From contig OZ024743.1 of the NCBI GenBank assembly GCA_964016885.1, positions 359,228,001 through 359,292,000 of the forward strand: a DNA stretch of 64,000 nucleotides. Direction: 5' to 3'. Each line of letters begins with the position of its first letter. The stretch's first letter is position 1. The position numbers and the translations under genes are program-made. Source of the DNA: Eledone cirrhosa. Lineage: Eukaryota. The notes under the pieces were generated by a model. That model did no database searches and was not told the DNA's origin. It saw nothing but the letters and a program-made list of their open reading frames with translations. Shown here piece by piece: positions 25,679 through 42,620 of the stretch.

Positions 25679-25896
25679 CCAGTCAATAACGATATAAGAA
25701 TTATATCGACATTAACAGAATGGTGATGGTCTCCCTCAGCGCTAAGAAGAGACTGGTAGATTAGAATCTAGCAGTCCTCCCAAAGAAAAAATACACGCTG
25801 TCCCCAAAAGGGTAAAGGGAGGTCATCTTAAAATAAAACAATATACACGCTGGTCAATTAAACCTGTTAGGTATTAACCACGTGTATAAGAACTCA

Positions 25897-25928
<32 letters not shown>

Positions 25929-26747
25929 TAAAGATGTTCACCGCGAAATTTGCCTTCGGATGAAATGTATAAGAACCCATTCGGAAATAAAACTGTCCGA
26001 TGTAGGGATATTCTCCAGAGGAAGAATGTCCACAAGATCTTACATGCTGAAGCTATTGTAAATGATTATAATAAATTGCCGTTTGAAAATTCCCTTGTTT
26101 TGTTTATTAATTACACAGACACTGACACAAAAGCACTCACATATTCATATGTCTGTACGTGTAATGTGCGTACGTGTGAGTATTTGTGTGTATATATGCA
26201 TATATAGCAAATAGCAATATGTACATAAATCACATACACGTACACACACACACACATAGTCACACTCATACGTGCTGTGTCACTTAACTATACCAACTAA
26301 TAAGTGTGAAGAAAACTACTAAACCAAACTAACAACAGCTACCAGTGCTAATTGTATTTATTGTATGCTAATTAACACAAGCCTTGTATTATGTCTTCAA
26401 TTTATCTTTCAGCAACTATTCCCCTGTCATTAATTATTCTGACTGGATGATAACAGCGATAAACGAAGAATCAAAATGAAAATCATATATAAATCTCTCT
26501 GTGGATGTAGATGTAGCCAATGTTTTCAGTAATACAACATATTTGACTTCAATTTTTCACGATAAATCACTACTTGAATATATTTGAATAGTTGCAGGTT
26601 CTGTCACACTGAACGATACCTTTAGCCTCGGGTTACTCAGGTTATAGTAGAAATTTGTATCTGAAATTTGATAGACGTGAACTCTGAGGGGGCTTCACTC
26701 ACGCACACACACGCACGCGCACACCACACACACACACACACACACAC

Positions 26748-26866
<119 letters not shown>

Positions 26867-27003
26867 CGTATCAGGAATTAGATAACACGAACAGACAAAT
26901 GCATCGTTACCTTCGCCAGCCACCTTGTTGGCAGTGCGGTTTCGTTTTTTCTATATATATACATACATATATGTGTGTGTATCTCTCTTCTCTCTCTCTC
27001 TCA

Positions 27004-27107
<104 letters not shown>

Positions 27108-28532
27108 TGTATTCGTGGGGGAATAACTATAGTATTATAATTGTTTCTACTTTAGGCACAAGGCCTAGCAATTATCCAGTGCATTACTGGTACTTTATTT
27201 TATACTATAGTATTATAATGATATAATATTATTAATATTTGGTTTGTTTACAAGTAAACAGCCTAATAAAATACTACGTGGTAGATGACATGACAACATC
27301 ACTCTTTTGTTCCAGCGGTAGCTGAGAGAAAACAATCTACAATTGTTTCGGAGTGTTTTTGCTTCTTGCTATTGATATTTTATGAGTCTATTTACTTGTA
27401 AACAAACCGAATATTAATACAGAAATAAGGAAGGTGTGGGCATGGTATGTGTAATGATGATTATGATAGAAGTTAGTAAATGGGGAAAAGTTTCGGGTGA
27501 TGATGATGAATAGGGTAAATGAGATGAATGGAAAATAACTTGGGTATGTAATTAGATATATATCAATTGGTGGGGGTGAATAAAATATTTATTGAAAAGT
27601 ATTTACTGAAAGACATAATTACTTGAGAAAACACGAATTCTGTCTACATAAACATATTCTGTCAACTATATTTTACAAACAGATATTATACAATAAAAAA
27701 GATAAAAACAAAATCAATTAATGAAAAAAATGAGATGGGGTTATAGAAGGGTAGATCTGGGTGTATAGGAAAGTAAAGAAAAAGGACTATAAATGTCATA
27801 AATGAGAAGGAAAGGGGGAAAGAGCAAGGGATATTAGGTGCGTGTAAAAGTATTTAGCGGAAAGTGGATTTACTTATGTAGACAGTGTATGATGATGATA
27901 ATGAGAGTAGAAGTAAATATAATAATAAGAAAAGAACAAAGGAAGTTAGAAAAAGTGAAAGAAGAAAAGAAAAAAATGAAAGAAAAGAAAAAGAAAAGAA
28001 ATAGAAATGGACAGAGTATATATGGGGGTGATGATGATTAAGTGAAATTTGTTAAATTAACGAAAAGGGAAGTTTTGGGTTATATATGTATATATCCTAA
28101 AAATAAACGGTAACAACAAAACAAACAACACAGTACAATGAAGTGATATATTAGTTTAACGCTTGATATAGTATAAAAAGAGTCTTTACATTTCGGACAC
28201 TAGTCCTTCATAAGAGATGGAATAAAAAATAAAAGATGAAATAGAAAGATAGGAGCAAGAAGAAAAGGAACGGGAAAAACGGCGGAAAAGCACGTTTGTT
28301 TGCATCAGATATTAGAGAGTTTTGGAAGGGAGATATTTCTTGTATATTTGAGTGGGCATGTGTGTCTGTGTGCGTGTTTGTGTATGTGTGTGCGTTGGTT
28401 TGTTCTTTGTGCAAAGCTGTGAACAGATATACGTTAGAGGGTAACCTTGCTGGCTGCTGTGAGAGTGTAGAGGAGTCTGGGAGTGCGCTGATCAACACAG
28501 GGAGGTATATCTATATATTTGAAATTCTGCGT

Positions 28533-28571
<39 letters not shown>

Positions 28572-28760
28572 AGCAGTCGCAAGGGCTTGTAGCCTTGGCT
28601 CATTTCGTGGTATGGCCGTAAGAGAAACTACTTGGCTTTGGGTACGGCTATATAACGATATAACTGCAACGGCTGAACTACGAAGCGCGGAGTGACGAGA
28701 GGTGTAGAGGGGAATAGCACCGGGAAGTGGTCGTTGAGTGCTGGACACAGACACAAAAAT

Positions 28761-28819
<59 letters not shown>

Positions 28820-28822
<3 letters not shown>

Positions 28823-29050
28823 AGAACAAAAGATGGTTAAAAGAGTTCCATGTATTTTATTATGCGCATTTCAAAAACAAATATCATCATGATATTTGTT
28901 TTTGAAATGCGCATAATAAAATATATTGAACTCCTTTAACCATCTTTTGATCTTATATTATGCATACTCCAGTCCCACAAACTGTAGAGTGCTTCTTATC
29001 CGATATCTGCATTGCTTTATTGTACTACAATAAAACTCACCTCCTACATA

Positions 29051-29055
<5 letters not shown>
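28820..29055. mobile_element. Miniature head-to-head insertion of the pLTR end of the element at 29103-33928
   Basis: About 28818-28887 is the reverse complement of about 28892-28960. The right arm continues with the ~87-nt tail also seen at 29105-29190. Confidence 0.8.
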
Positions 29056-29108
<53 letters not shown>

Positions 29109-31429
29109 GGAGGTGAGTTTTATTGTAGTACAATAAAGCAATGCAGATATCGGATAAGAAGCACTCTACAGTTTGTGGGACTGGAGTATGCATAATATAA
29201 GATCAAAAGATGGTTAAAGGAGTTCAATATATTTTATTATGCGCATTTCAAAAACAAACATCATCAAACAATAATATTTGTGTTTTCATCAGATAAAACA
29301 GGAGAACATGATATGAAGGCTAAAAAAAACACTTGTTGATAGTGCAGTTTTAAATCAACATATGAAAAGTGGTTTTAGATTGATGTGTGATATTGGGAAA
29401 AATATTTTATTTAGAGAGGGGGGGAGAGAAAAGGATGAAAAGGGAAGGAGATGAGAGGGAGAGATGGGTGATAGAGAGAAAGAGATAGTTTTTATAACAG
29501 AGAGGAGATATATTTTATATAGAGGGGTTGAAAACCGTTGGAAGATACTGTATAAATTAAAAATTTTGAAAATTAACGAAGGGAGGATATGTGCGAGGAA
29601 AAAATATATTATATTTAGGGAGGGGTGGGGGTGGAAAGGATGAAAAAAAGGGGAGGAGATGAGAGTGAAGGTGGAAAGGGAGAGATGGGTGATAGAGAGA
29701 AAGAGATAGTTTTTATAACAGAGAGGAGATATATTTTATATAGAGGGGTTGAAAACCGTTGGAAGATACTGTATAAATTAAAAATTTTGAAAATTAACGA
29801 AGGGAGGATATGTGCGAGGAAAAAATATATTATATTTAGGGAGGGGTGGGGGTGGAAAGGATGAAAAAAAGGGGAGGAGATGAGAGTGAAGGTGGAAAGG
29901 GAGAGATGGGTGATAGAGAGAAAGAGATAGTTTTTATAACTGAGAAAAAGATATAATGTTTTAATATAGAGAGGTTGGGAACCGTTGGAAGATAATGTAT
30001 AAATTAAAGGAATTTGAAAATTAACGAAGGGAAATTATGTATGGAGATAGAGAGAAAAAAATAACGAAGGGAGATTATGTATGGAGATAGAGAGAAAAAA
30101 AAAAAAAATAATTGTGGGTGAATATTCAAAAGGAGAAATGTAGGAATTTTAAAATTAGCAAAGAGAAAAAGTTTATGTATAGGATTTGAGAAAAATAATG
30201 TGAAGTTAGAGTTTTTATATTGAATTCATATGTATTAATAATGAGTTCGTTGATGGGGAGAAAAAAATAATAATAAATTAAGGATGAAATTGAGATTAAA
30301 AAGATTTATGATAGAGAGAAAAAATAATAATGATTGCGGATGAATACTCAAAATGTCAAAAACAAATGTTATTGTTTTACGAGGAGATATAATGAGGGTG
30401 ATGAGTAAACGGGTATTATAGAGTGTATAATGCCCTTTAAAGTAAGGTAGATGGGTATATTTTAAAGAATATATGAGTATATATTAAAAAAAAATATATA
30501 ATAATAAATTAAGGATGAAATTGAGATTAAAAAGATTTATGATAGAGGGAAAAAAAAAAAAAATAATAATGATTGCGGATGAATATTCAAAATGTCAAAA
30601 ACAAATGTTATTGTTTTACGAGAAGATAGGATGAGGTAAATGAGTAAACGAGTACTATAGAGTGTATAATGCCCTTTAAAGTAAGGTAGATGGGTATGTT
30701 TTAAAGAGGTGTATGTATATGTGCCTTTGAGAAAAGATTCTAAATTGATAAAGAATTGAATATTAACTGTATACTTTGTGAAAAGTTCTATGGAATTTAT
30801 GCAGGCAGATGGAAAACAAATCCGAGCGTCTATTTATTATGGATTCTAGGTTAGAGATAATGGTAAATTTTTCATTTAGGCAGAGATTACAGATTTTAGA
30901 TAGAGAACTGTTCAAGTACGAGGATGCAGAAGAAATCTTTTTCCAAAAGATGTTATATTTAATGTTTTTGTCTTTTAAGGACCATATGAGTTCTGAGAGA
31001 GCAGTGTTAGTTCTTTTAAGTTTGTATTTGAAAGATGAATGATGATTATAGAGACGAGCTTTAAAAGAGGTGGAAGTGGAGCCAAAATAGGTGAAGGAGT
31101 TGGTGCTAGTTATAATTTTACATTCATAAATTAAGTTTTTATCGAGGCAATGGTTGTTGAGAGGACATTTATTTTTAATGCGGCAGTTGCAATTAGAGAG
31201 ATTATTAATGAGTGATCTAGTGTTATCTATAGAAGGAATTGGATTGGAGAAGTTGTTTGCGATAGGAATAATAGGAATAATAGTTTCTTGATTTAGAGTT
31301 GGATTATGAACATTTAGCGAAGTTGTGTTTGACGTTGCATTTGGGTTTACAGAAGTTAGCCTAGGGTTTACAATGACGTCAGGAGTACTATTATTGTTAT
31401 TATGAGAATCTTAATTATGTTAACTTTAA

Positions 31430-32571
31430 ATGAGAATCTTAATTATGTTAACTTTAAATCTAACCATCCTACCAATATCAAGAATGCTATAGTTAATAAT
31501 ATTGGAAATAGAATATCTAACATATCTTCTAATAAAAACATCTTTGATGCTAACGCCAATTACTATAATAACGCACTTTCTAAAGCCGGCTATCCAGATA
31601 AAATCAAATATAATAAAGAAACAAATTCTAGGAAAACTTACAGTAGAATATTTAATCATAACCATTCCAATAATTTTAATAAAAGACCTAGATACAAAAA
31701 CATAATCTGGTATAATGCTCCTTTCTCCATCTCTATTAATAACAATATTCCTAAATTATTTTTTAGTGCCTTAAATAAATGCTTCCCTCCCTCACATATC
31801 TATAGTAAAATATTTAACAAACACACCATTAAATTTTCGTATTCTACATCCTCCAATATTTCCAACATCATTTCTAAACACAACAACAAAATATTAAATA
31901 CTAAATCTCTTCCTTCCAATATTGAATCTCATAATAACAATAATAGTACTCCTGACGTCATTGTAAACCCTAGGCTAACTTCTGTAAACCCAAATGCAAC
32001 GTCAAACACAACTTCGCTAAATGTTCATAATCCAACTCTAAATCAAGAAACTATTATTCCTATTATTCCTATCGCAAACAACTTCTCCAATCCAATTCCT
32101 TCTATAGATAACACTAGATCACTCATTAATAATCTCTCTAATTGCAACTGCCGCATTAAAAATAAATGTCCTCTCAACAACCATTGCCTCGATAAAAACT
32201 TAATTTATGAATGTAAAATTATAACTAGCACCAACTCCTTCACCTATTTTGGCTCCACTTCCACCTCTTTTAAAGCTCGTCTCTATAATCATCATTCATC
32301 TTTCAAATACAAACTTAAAAGAACTAACACTGCTCTCTCAGAACTCATATGGTCCTTAAAAGACAAAAACATTAAATATAACATCTTTTGGAAAAAGATT
32401 TCTTCTGCATCCTCGTACTTGAACAGTTCTCTATCTAAAATCTGTAATCTCTGCCTAAATGAAAAATTTACCATTATCTCTAACCTAGAATCCATAATAA
32501 ATAGACGCTCGGATTTGTTTTCCATCTGCCTGCATAAATTCCATAGAACTTTTCACAAAGTATACAGTTAA
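31430..32571 (+). pseudogene. 5'-truncated PLE ORF (thumb, CxCx5C linker, GIY-YIG); a shorter antisense copy lies at ~30763-31407
   Basis: LNYVNFKSNHP, IIWYNAPFS, CNCRIKNKCPLNNHC, NLIY...TYFGST, CNLCLNEK, IINRRSD; clearly homologous to the 843-aa ORF. Confidence 0.9.
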
Positions 32572-33820
32572 TATTCAATTCTTTATCAATTTAGAATCTT
32601 TTCTCAAAGGCACATATACATACACCTCTTTAAAATATACCCATCTACCTTACTTTAAAGGGCATTATACACTCTATAGTACTCGTTTACTCATTTACCT
32701 CATCCTATCTTCTCGTAAAACAATAACATTTGTTTTTGACATTTTGAATATTCATCCGCAATCATTATTATTTTTTTTTTTTCCCTCTATCATAAATCTT
32801 TTTAATCTCAATTTCATCCTTAATTTATTATTATATATTTTTTTTTTTTTTTTTTTAATATATACTCATATATTCTTTAAAATATACCCATCTACCTTAC
32901 TTTAAAGGGCATTATACACTCTATAATACCCGTTTACTCATCACCCTCATTATATCTCCTCGTAAAACAATAACATTTGTTTTTGACATTTTGAGTATTC
33001 ATCCGCAATCATTATTATTTTTTCTCTCTATCATAAATCTTTTTAATCTCAATTTCATCCTTAATTTATTATTATTTTTTTCTCCCCATCAACGAACTCA
33101 TTATTAATACATATGAATTCAATATAAAAACTCTAACTTCACATTATTTTTCTCAAATCCTATACATAAACTTTTTCTCTTTGCTAATTTTAAAATTCCT
33201 ACATTTCTCCTTTTGAATATTCACCCACAATTATTATTTTTTTTTTCTCTCTATCTCCATACATAATCTCCCTTCGTTATTTTTTTCTCTCTATCTCCAT
33301 ACATAATTTCCCTTCGTTAATTTTCAAATTCCTTTAATTTATACATTATCTTCCAACGGTTCCCAACCTCTCTATATTAAAACATTATATCTTTTTCTCA
33401 GTTATAAAAACTATCTCTTTCTCTCTATCACCCATCTCTCCCTTTCCACCTTCACTCTCATCTCCTCCCCTTTTTTTCATCCTTTCCACCCCCACCCCTC
33501 CCTAAATATAATATATTTTTTCCTCGCACATATCCTCCCTTCGTTAATTTTCAAAATTTTTAATTTATACAGTATCTTCCAACGGTTTTCAACCCCTCTA
33601 TATAAAATATATCTCCTCTCTGTTATAAAAACTATCTCTTTCTCTCTATCACCCATCTCTCCCTCTCATCTCCTTCCCTTTTCATCCTTTTCTCTCCCCC
33701 CCTCTCTAAATAAAATATTTTTCCCAATATCACACATCAATCTAAAACCACTTTTCATATGTTGATTTAAAACTGCACTATCAACAAGTGTTTTTTTTAG
33801 CCTTCATATCATGTTCTCCT

Positions 33821-33889
33821 GTTTTATCTGATGAAAACACAAATATTATTGTTTGATGATGTTTGTTTTTGAAATGCGCATAATAAAAT
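33821..33889 (+). ncRNA. Hammerhead ribozyme (inverted copy at 29231-29299)
   Basis: gttttat-CTGATGA-aaacacaaatattatt-gttt-gatgatgtttgttttt-GAAA-tgcgc-ATA-ataaaat; palindromic stem III ATGCGCAT. Confidence 0.85.
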
Positions 33890-33920
33890 ATATTGAACTC
33901 CTTTAACCATCTTTTGATCT

Positions 33921-33952
<32 letters not shown>

Positions 33953-33956
<4 letters not shown>

Positions 33957-36386
33957 ATAATAATAAATGTAAAGACTAAAATCCAAAGAGGGCTCGATAA
34001 GGATAAATATATATCAAATTTATAAGAACCCTAGAGCAAATATTTATTAAAATAACACATTAAAGTTTAAGCAAAGAATCGCTGCTTTCACCCTTAACGG
34101 GATCTTCTGAAACTAAAAAAATCAATCTGTGAACGCAGAAGTAAATATTTCGAAAAACGTTGCAACCGAAGGAAAACAGGAAGACGATATTTTGATTCGT
34201 GAAGACCTTCCCTGGAAATGAACGGAAAAAAGCGAAGATAATACGTCGTTATGTGGAGACAAAACCAGGTTTATGGTACAAATACACATAAAACAAATAT
34301 GTGTGTGTGTATAGATATAATTATATAAACGTATATAAATATACTCACATAAATACGTATATAACGCACCCACACGTATACCTACAGGTAAATACACATA
34401 TGTTCACCAAACTACGTAAACCAAAACACAAAGTACACATATACACTCCTTACATACGTGCAAACACGCATACGCGCATACACACACAAACACAAAATAC
34501 ACATATTCACATATACCACTATATATAATATAATATATACACCTAAAACAAATACAAGCATATATACGTGCGAGAAGGTATACGTATCTTCACAAAACAT
34601 ACGGGTAAGGTATACTTACCTATACAAATAAGTAATGGTATAAACAAAATATACTTTGCTACCACATGAAGACGTAAATTATCCGCGTATTGTTCTTACT
34701 ATCCGTTAGGTTATAATGTGGGCTCTAATACAGGAAAGTTTTATGCAATTTGTGTTTACAAGCCGAAATTGCCTCAGATTTTTTGTTTAATATGTGATCA
34801 TTGGCGCAGAGTATTTCCAGCGGCGCAAAGATCGCAAGGTATTTTATTTCCATTATACGATCTAGATTTAGCTAGGATCTCCCAGTGTAACCTATATTGG
34901 GTGTGGTTGTCTTTTAGACTCCAGATATAAGCTGAAAGTGACGTCATATTCCTTCTTAAAGGGTTAAGAAAAGAATGGGTGTGCATGTAAAGACGCTGTT
35001 TGAATCTATTGGCGGTTAACACTATGTAGGCCCTACTAAACGTGGGTGTTTCGACCTTACATTTGTAGACAATGTTACTGGAGAGGCATTTCCCGGATAG
35101 AGGGCAGTCAACCCGATTTATACAATTACAGTTAGTACTAGCTACCGGGTCGCACATGTTCGCACGGCTAGGTAATTTAGCTAAATTTGAAGCAGTGATG
35201 TTATGTGCAAGGTTAGGAGTCGTAGAGTAAGAAATTTTAATGGTATTTCTATTAAAAAATTTATTATATTTATGTGCTGAGGGGAAATGCTTCTTAATAA
35301 GGGAGAGAAAGATCTTAGCTAATGGTGTTTTCACCTCCATGCGTCGGGATCTATTTTCCCTTGGTTTATGCTCTTAATTAATATATGCTACCTTATCGAC
35401 AAATCCACTTCGATCAAGAGCTTCATTGTAATATGTGGAATGGTCGGTGAAAATATGCTCGTTTGTAGATAGACGGGAAAGCCTCAAAGAAACGTTTTTA
35501 CCAGGTTCTTGGTTATGCTGGCAGGATGGTTAGGATGCTTACTTAAGTAATCAAGCGTATCATTCGGCTTTCTATACGGGTAGTGCAAGCCATTCGACAA
35601 ATTGAGGATAACGTCGAGGTAATTAACGACTGAGAGGTTGGCTTCAACCTGTATGGAGAGGTTGAAGCCTTTAAAGAAGGCTGTGAGTTCTTTTCTAAAC
35701 ATGTCGCATGAGCGTGGGCCGCACTTTGTCATGGTCAAAAGGCCGTCATCGCAGTACAAACCACCGCCCACAGTGGGGAATTCTTCTTTGACAGAGAAAA
35801 GAAGGAAAAGGCCGATAAGATCTGTAACCTCCGCCGAATCGCTGGCACCCATACTCACGTCGAATGATTAGATTTTTTAATCCAAATAGAGTCGTCGAAA
35901 TTAGTCACCGACTTACGGGCATTGAGGATGACATCAACTTCGAAATCCTTAACCACTGTGAGCATTTAGCGAAATTGATAGCTCTAAGAAGAAGTGGTAA
36001 AGTGATGGAGGAGTAGTAGTTATTGATGTCGAATTGGATAAAACGGCAATGTTCCTTGGTGCATATGCCATTGAACCAATCAATCACCGCGAAAGAATTA
36101 TTCCACAGTGCGAGAGAGGCCAAGCTTCTAATTTCAGGTATAATTCTATCTAAATTCGTTTTACTAAGTCTACCTAAATCAGACTTCGCAGGGTTAATTA
36201 GCCGAATTGGCAAAATTGGGTTTGTCATATTTCAAGGTAAAGTGGGGAGAACCCAGCATCGTGTACATTGTGTTTTGGTTTACGTACGTTTGGTAAACAT
36301 ATGTGTATTTACCTGCAGGTATGTGTGTGCGTGCGTTATATACGTTACTTATGTGTGTATATTTATATACGTTTATATAATTATAT

Positions 36387-36474
<88 letters not shown>

Positions 36475-36740
36475 CTTTTTTATGTGTATTTGTACCATAA
36501 ACGTGGTTTTGTTTTTGCGTGTAATTGTTCTCTCGCACCACATAACGACGTATTATCTTCGCTTTTTTCCGTTCATTGCCAGGGAAGGTCTTCACGAACC
36601 AAAGTATCGTCTTCCTGTTTTCCTTCGGTTGCAAAGTTTTCGAAATATTTACTTCTGCGTTCACAGATTGATTTTTTCAGTTTCAGAATATCCCGTTAAG
36701 CTTGAAAGCAGCTATTCTTTGCTTACACTTTAATCTGTTA

Positions 36741-36750
<10 letters not shown>
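33953..36750 (-). mobile_element. Degraded, 5'-truncated PLE with an inverted pLTR at 36260-36750
   Basis: Frameshifted RT and GIY-YIG on the minus strand. 36260-36745 is approximately the reverse complement of 34045-34440. Flanked by TA. Confidence 0.88.
34700..36255 (-). pseudogene. Frameshifted PLE RT plus GIY-YIG
   Basis: PIRLINPAKSDLG, FIQFDINNYYSSI, SMGASDSAEVTDLIG, GLYCDDGL, VNYLDVILNL, CNCINRVDCPLSGKC, LNKKSEAISACKH. Confidence 0.9.
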
Positions 36751-36790
<40 letters not shown>

Positions 36791-36792
<2 letters not shown>

Positions 36793-36990
36793 AAAATGTG
36801 TTCAAGACCCTGACGGCAGAGCTCAAGCCATTTCGACGGCTATTTCTGGACTCAGAAATAGCCGTCGAAACGGCTTGAGCTCTGCCGTCGGGATCTTGAA
36901 CATTTTCCTATTACCCACTCTACTACCCTAAGTATTGAGTACTCTGGTGCGTTATGGTCCACCTGGTTCCTTACCACACTTCCTTCGTTA
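36791..36990. repeat. Small palindrome of an HHR 3' half plus a ~80-nt tail; same family as the 11637-12945 end
   Basis: tagccgtcgaaacggcttgagctc..c.gtcggg is shared with 12896-12930. The arms meet at about 36850. Confidence 0.78.
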
Positions 36991-37009
36991 TATATATATT
37001 TAATTTCCT

Positions 37010-37935
37010 ACTCATACTATGCTAAACCAATGGCCTCCAAATACCTGATACTCAAAAACTCAGCAATGTCCAATAGTGGTAAGTTTAATATTCTAATCGC
37101 AGACTTGGTAAGAGTGATGAAGAATGTGTCCCCAATACCTTAGATAGAACTGAACATAAGATAGAGAAAGCCACTTCATGGTACGACAACCAGAAATACC
37201 AGAGTATCATGTTCGTGGATGCTACCCCTGATGAGAAATTACCTAACCAATGTAGAAAAGTCCTAAGAAAGACCCATTTAAAGATTAAAGTGGTAGAAAA
37301 GCCATGAATTACCATCAAATCCCTGATCAGCAAGACACACCCCTTTAAGAAAACCCACTGTACAAATAAGAAATGTGTTATATGTTAAATGAACCCCAGA
37401 TAAACTGCAAAACTAGAAATGTAGTCTAAGGCATAAGATGTACAGAGGGTACTTGCAGAAACATGACAACGACATACATAGGTGAGACAGCTTGAAGCAT
37501 AGGAGAAATAATAGACCGACACTGGGGGGGGGGGGGACTAAAAGGACACAAACAAAACGGTTCAGTACAATACGAACACGCCAGACAAAGATATGAAGGT
37601 AATATAGACAACATAGCAATTAAAATAATAGTTAAGCATAGAAATGACTGAAGCGGTAGGCAAGTCAGAGAAGCAACTGAGACAGAACTAAGAAGACCGA
37701 AGTTAAACAGAAAAAAACGAATGAAATAACGACAACAACCATACCCAAACAAACAATACTGACTTAAGGGAAAAAAATATATAAATAAATAAATAAACAA
37801 ATAAATAAATATGTACACAAGTACAATAACAACACACACATATAAACACACACTATTGAACAAAGATAGAATACATAAGCAAAAATACGTACACTCAAAC
37901 GCGAACACACACGCCAAGCATTATACACACACGCA
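37010..37935 (+). pseudogene. Degraded PLE fragment related to 16361-17195
   Basis: YYAKPMASKYLI, NILIADLVRVMKNV, SWYDNQKYQSIMFV, CTNKKCVIC, CKTRNVV, YIGETA. Confidence 0.8.
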
Positions 37936-41690
<3,755 letters not shown>

Positions 41691-41700
41691 ATATATATAT

Positions 41701-42620
41701 AATAACTAGGAATTGATCAACATATATATCAATAAATATAAACATGAAAAATCACAGGAGATAATTTTTACAAGCGTGTAACCACGCATGGCTAGTAGGT
41801 AACAAATAAATAAAGTTAGCTAGAACTTCAAAAATATATACCTTCTAATGATTAATCTTCCCTCTATATATTTCATTAAAGAAATATATTTCACCAATTA
41901 ATCAGATGGTAAGTCACGGAAAGTGGATATTATTGGATTATCGACAAGGAAGAATAATATCAAGCGATCAATGTTTACACTTCGAGTCAAAATCTTAAAC
42001 TGGCCGATACCACGTGTTGATATTACACATGACAGCGGCTTCGTTTCAGTGGCGTGAATAGGTATTCGACAACTAGAAATAGCAGTCAATTCCCTTCAAC
42101 AGAGTTAGCTCTACAATTAAGGAGCAGTATTTATATATCTATATCCAAAATTAAGATAGATTAAAAGAATTCAATCAGAATCGAAATTGTGGGTATCATT
42201 CCTTAACGGAATGCGCCATATCGTCCGGAAAATAAGCTCTAGGACTTTGTAGGTACGAGCATTTTATAATAACTAGGAATTGATCAACATATATATAAAT
42301 AAATATAAACATGAAAAATCACAGGAGATAATTTTTACAAGCGTGTAACCACGCATGGCTAGTAGGTAACAAATAAATAAAGTTAACTAGAACTTCAAAA
42401 ATATATACCTTTTAATGATTAATCTTCCCTCTATATATTTCATTAAAGAAATATATTTCACCAATTAATCAGATGGTAAGTCACGGAAAGTGGATATTAT
42501 TGGATTATCGACAAGGAAGAATAATATCAAGCGATCCATGTTTACACTTCGAGTCAAAATCATAAACTGGCCGATACCACGTGTTGATATTACACATCAC
42601 AGCGGCTTCGTTTCAGTGGC
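41701..42620 (+). repeat. ~1.6 tandem copies of a 567-bp non-coding unit
   Basis: aataactaggaattgatcaac occurs at 41701 and 42268. The array abuts the RTE at 42621. Confidence 0.88.

Larger units (their letters stand above)
29103..33928. mobile_element. Large head-to-head pair of 5'-truncated PLE copies (arms ~2.0-2.5 kb)
   Basis: 29190-31407 is the reverse complement of about 31927-33928; the left arm has one extra ~220-bp internal repeat. HHRs at 29231-29299(-) and 33821-33889(+). Flanked by TA. Confidence 0.92.

Noticed and set aside
28181-28218. Minus-strand HHR-like motif (cttatga-a-ggac-tagt-gtcc-gaaa)
   Set aside because: The essential G5 is replaced and stem III is collapsed; it is probably a dead relic.
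29103-33928. Large palindromes as pure assembly foldback artefacts
   Set aside because: The arms differ by substitutions and indels, have family-specific asymmetric tails and show microhomology junctions. Read-level confirmation is still advisable.
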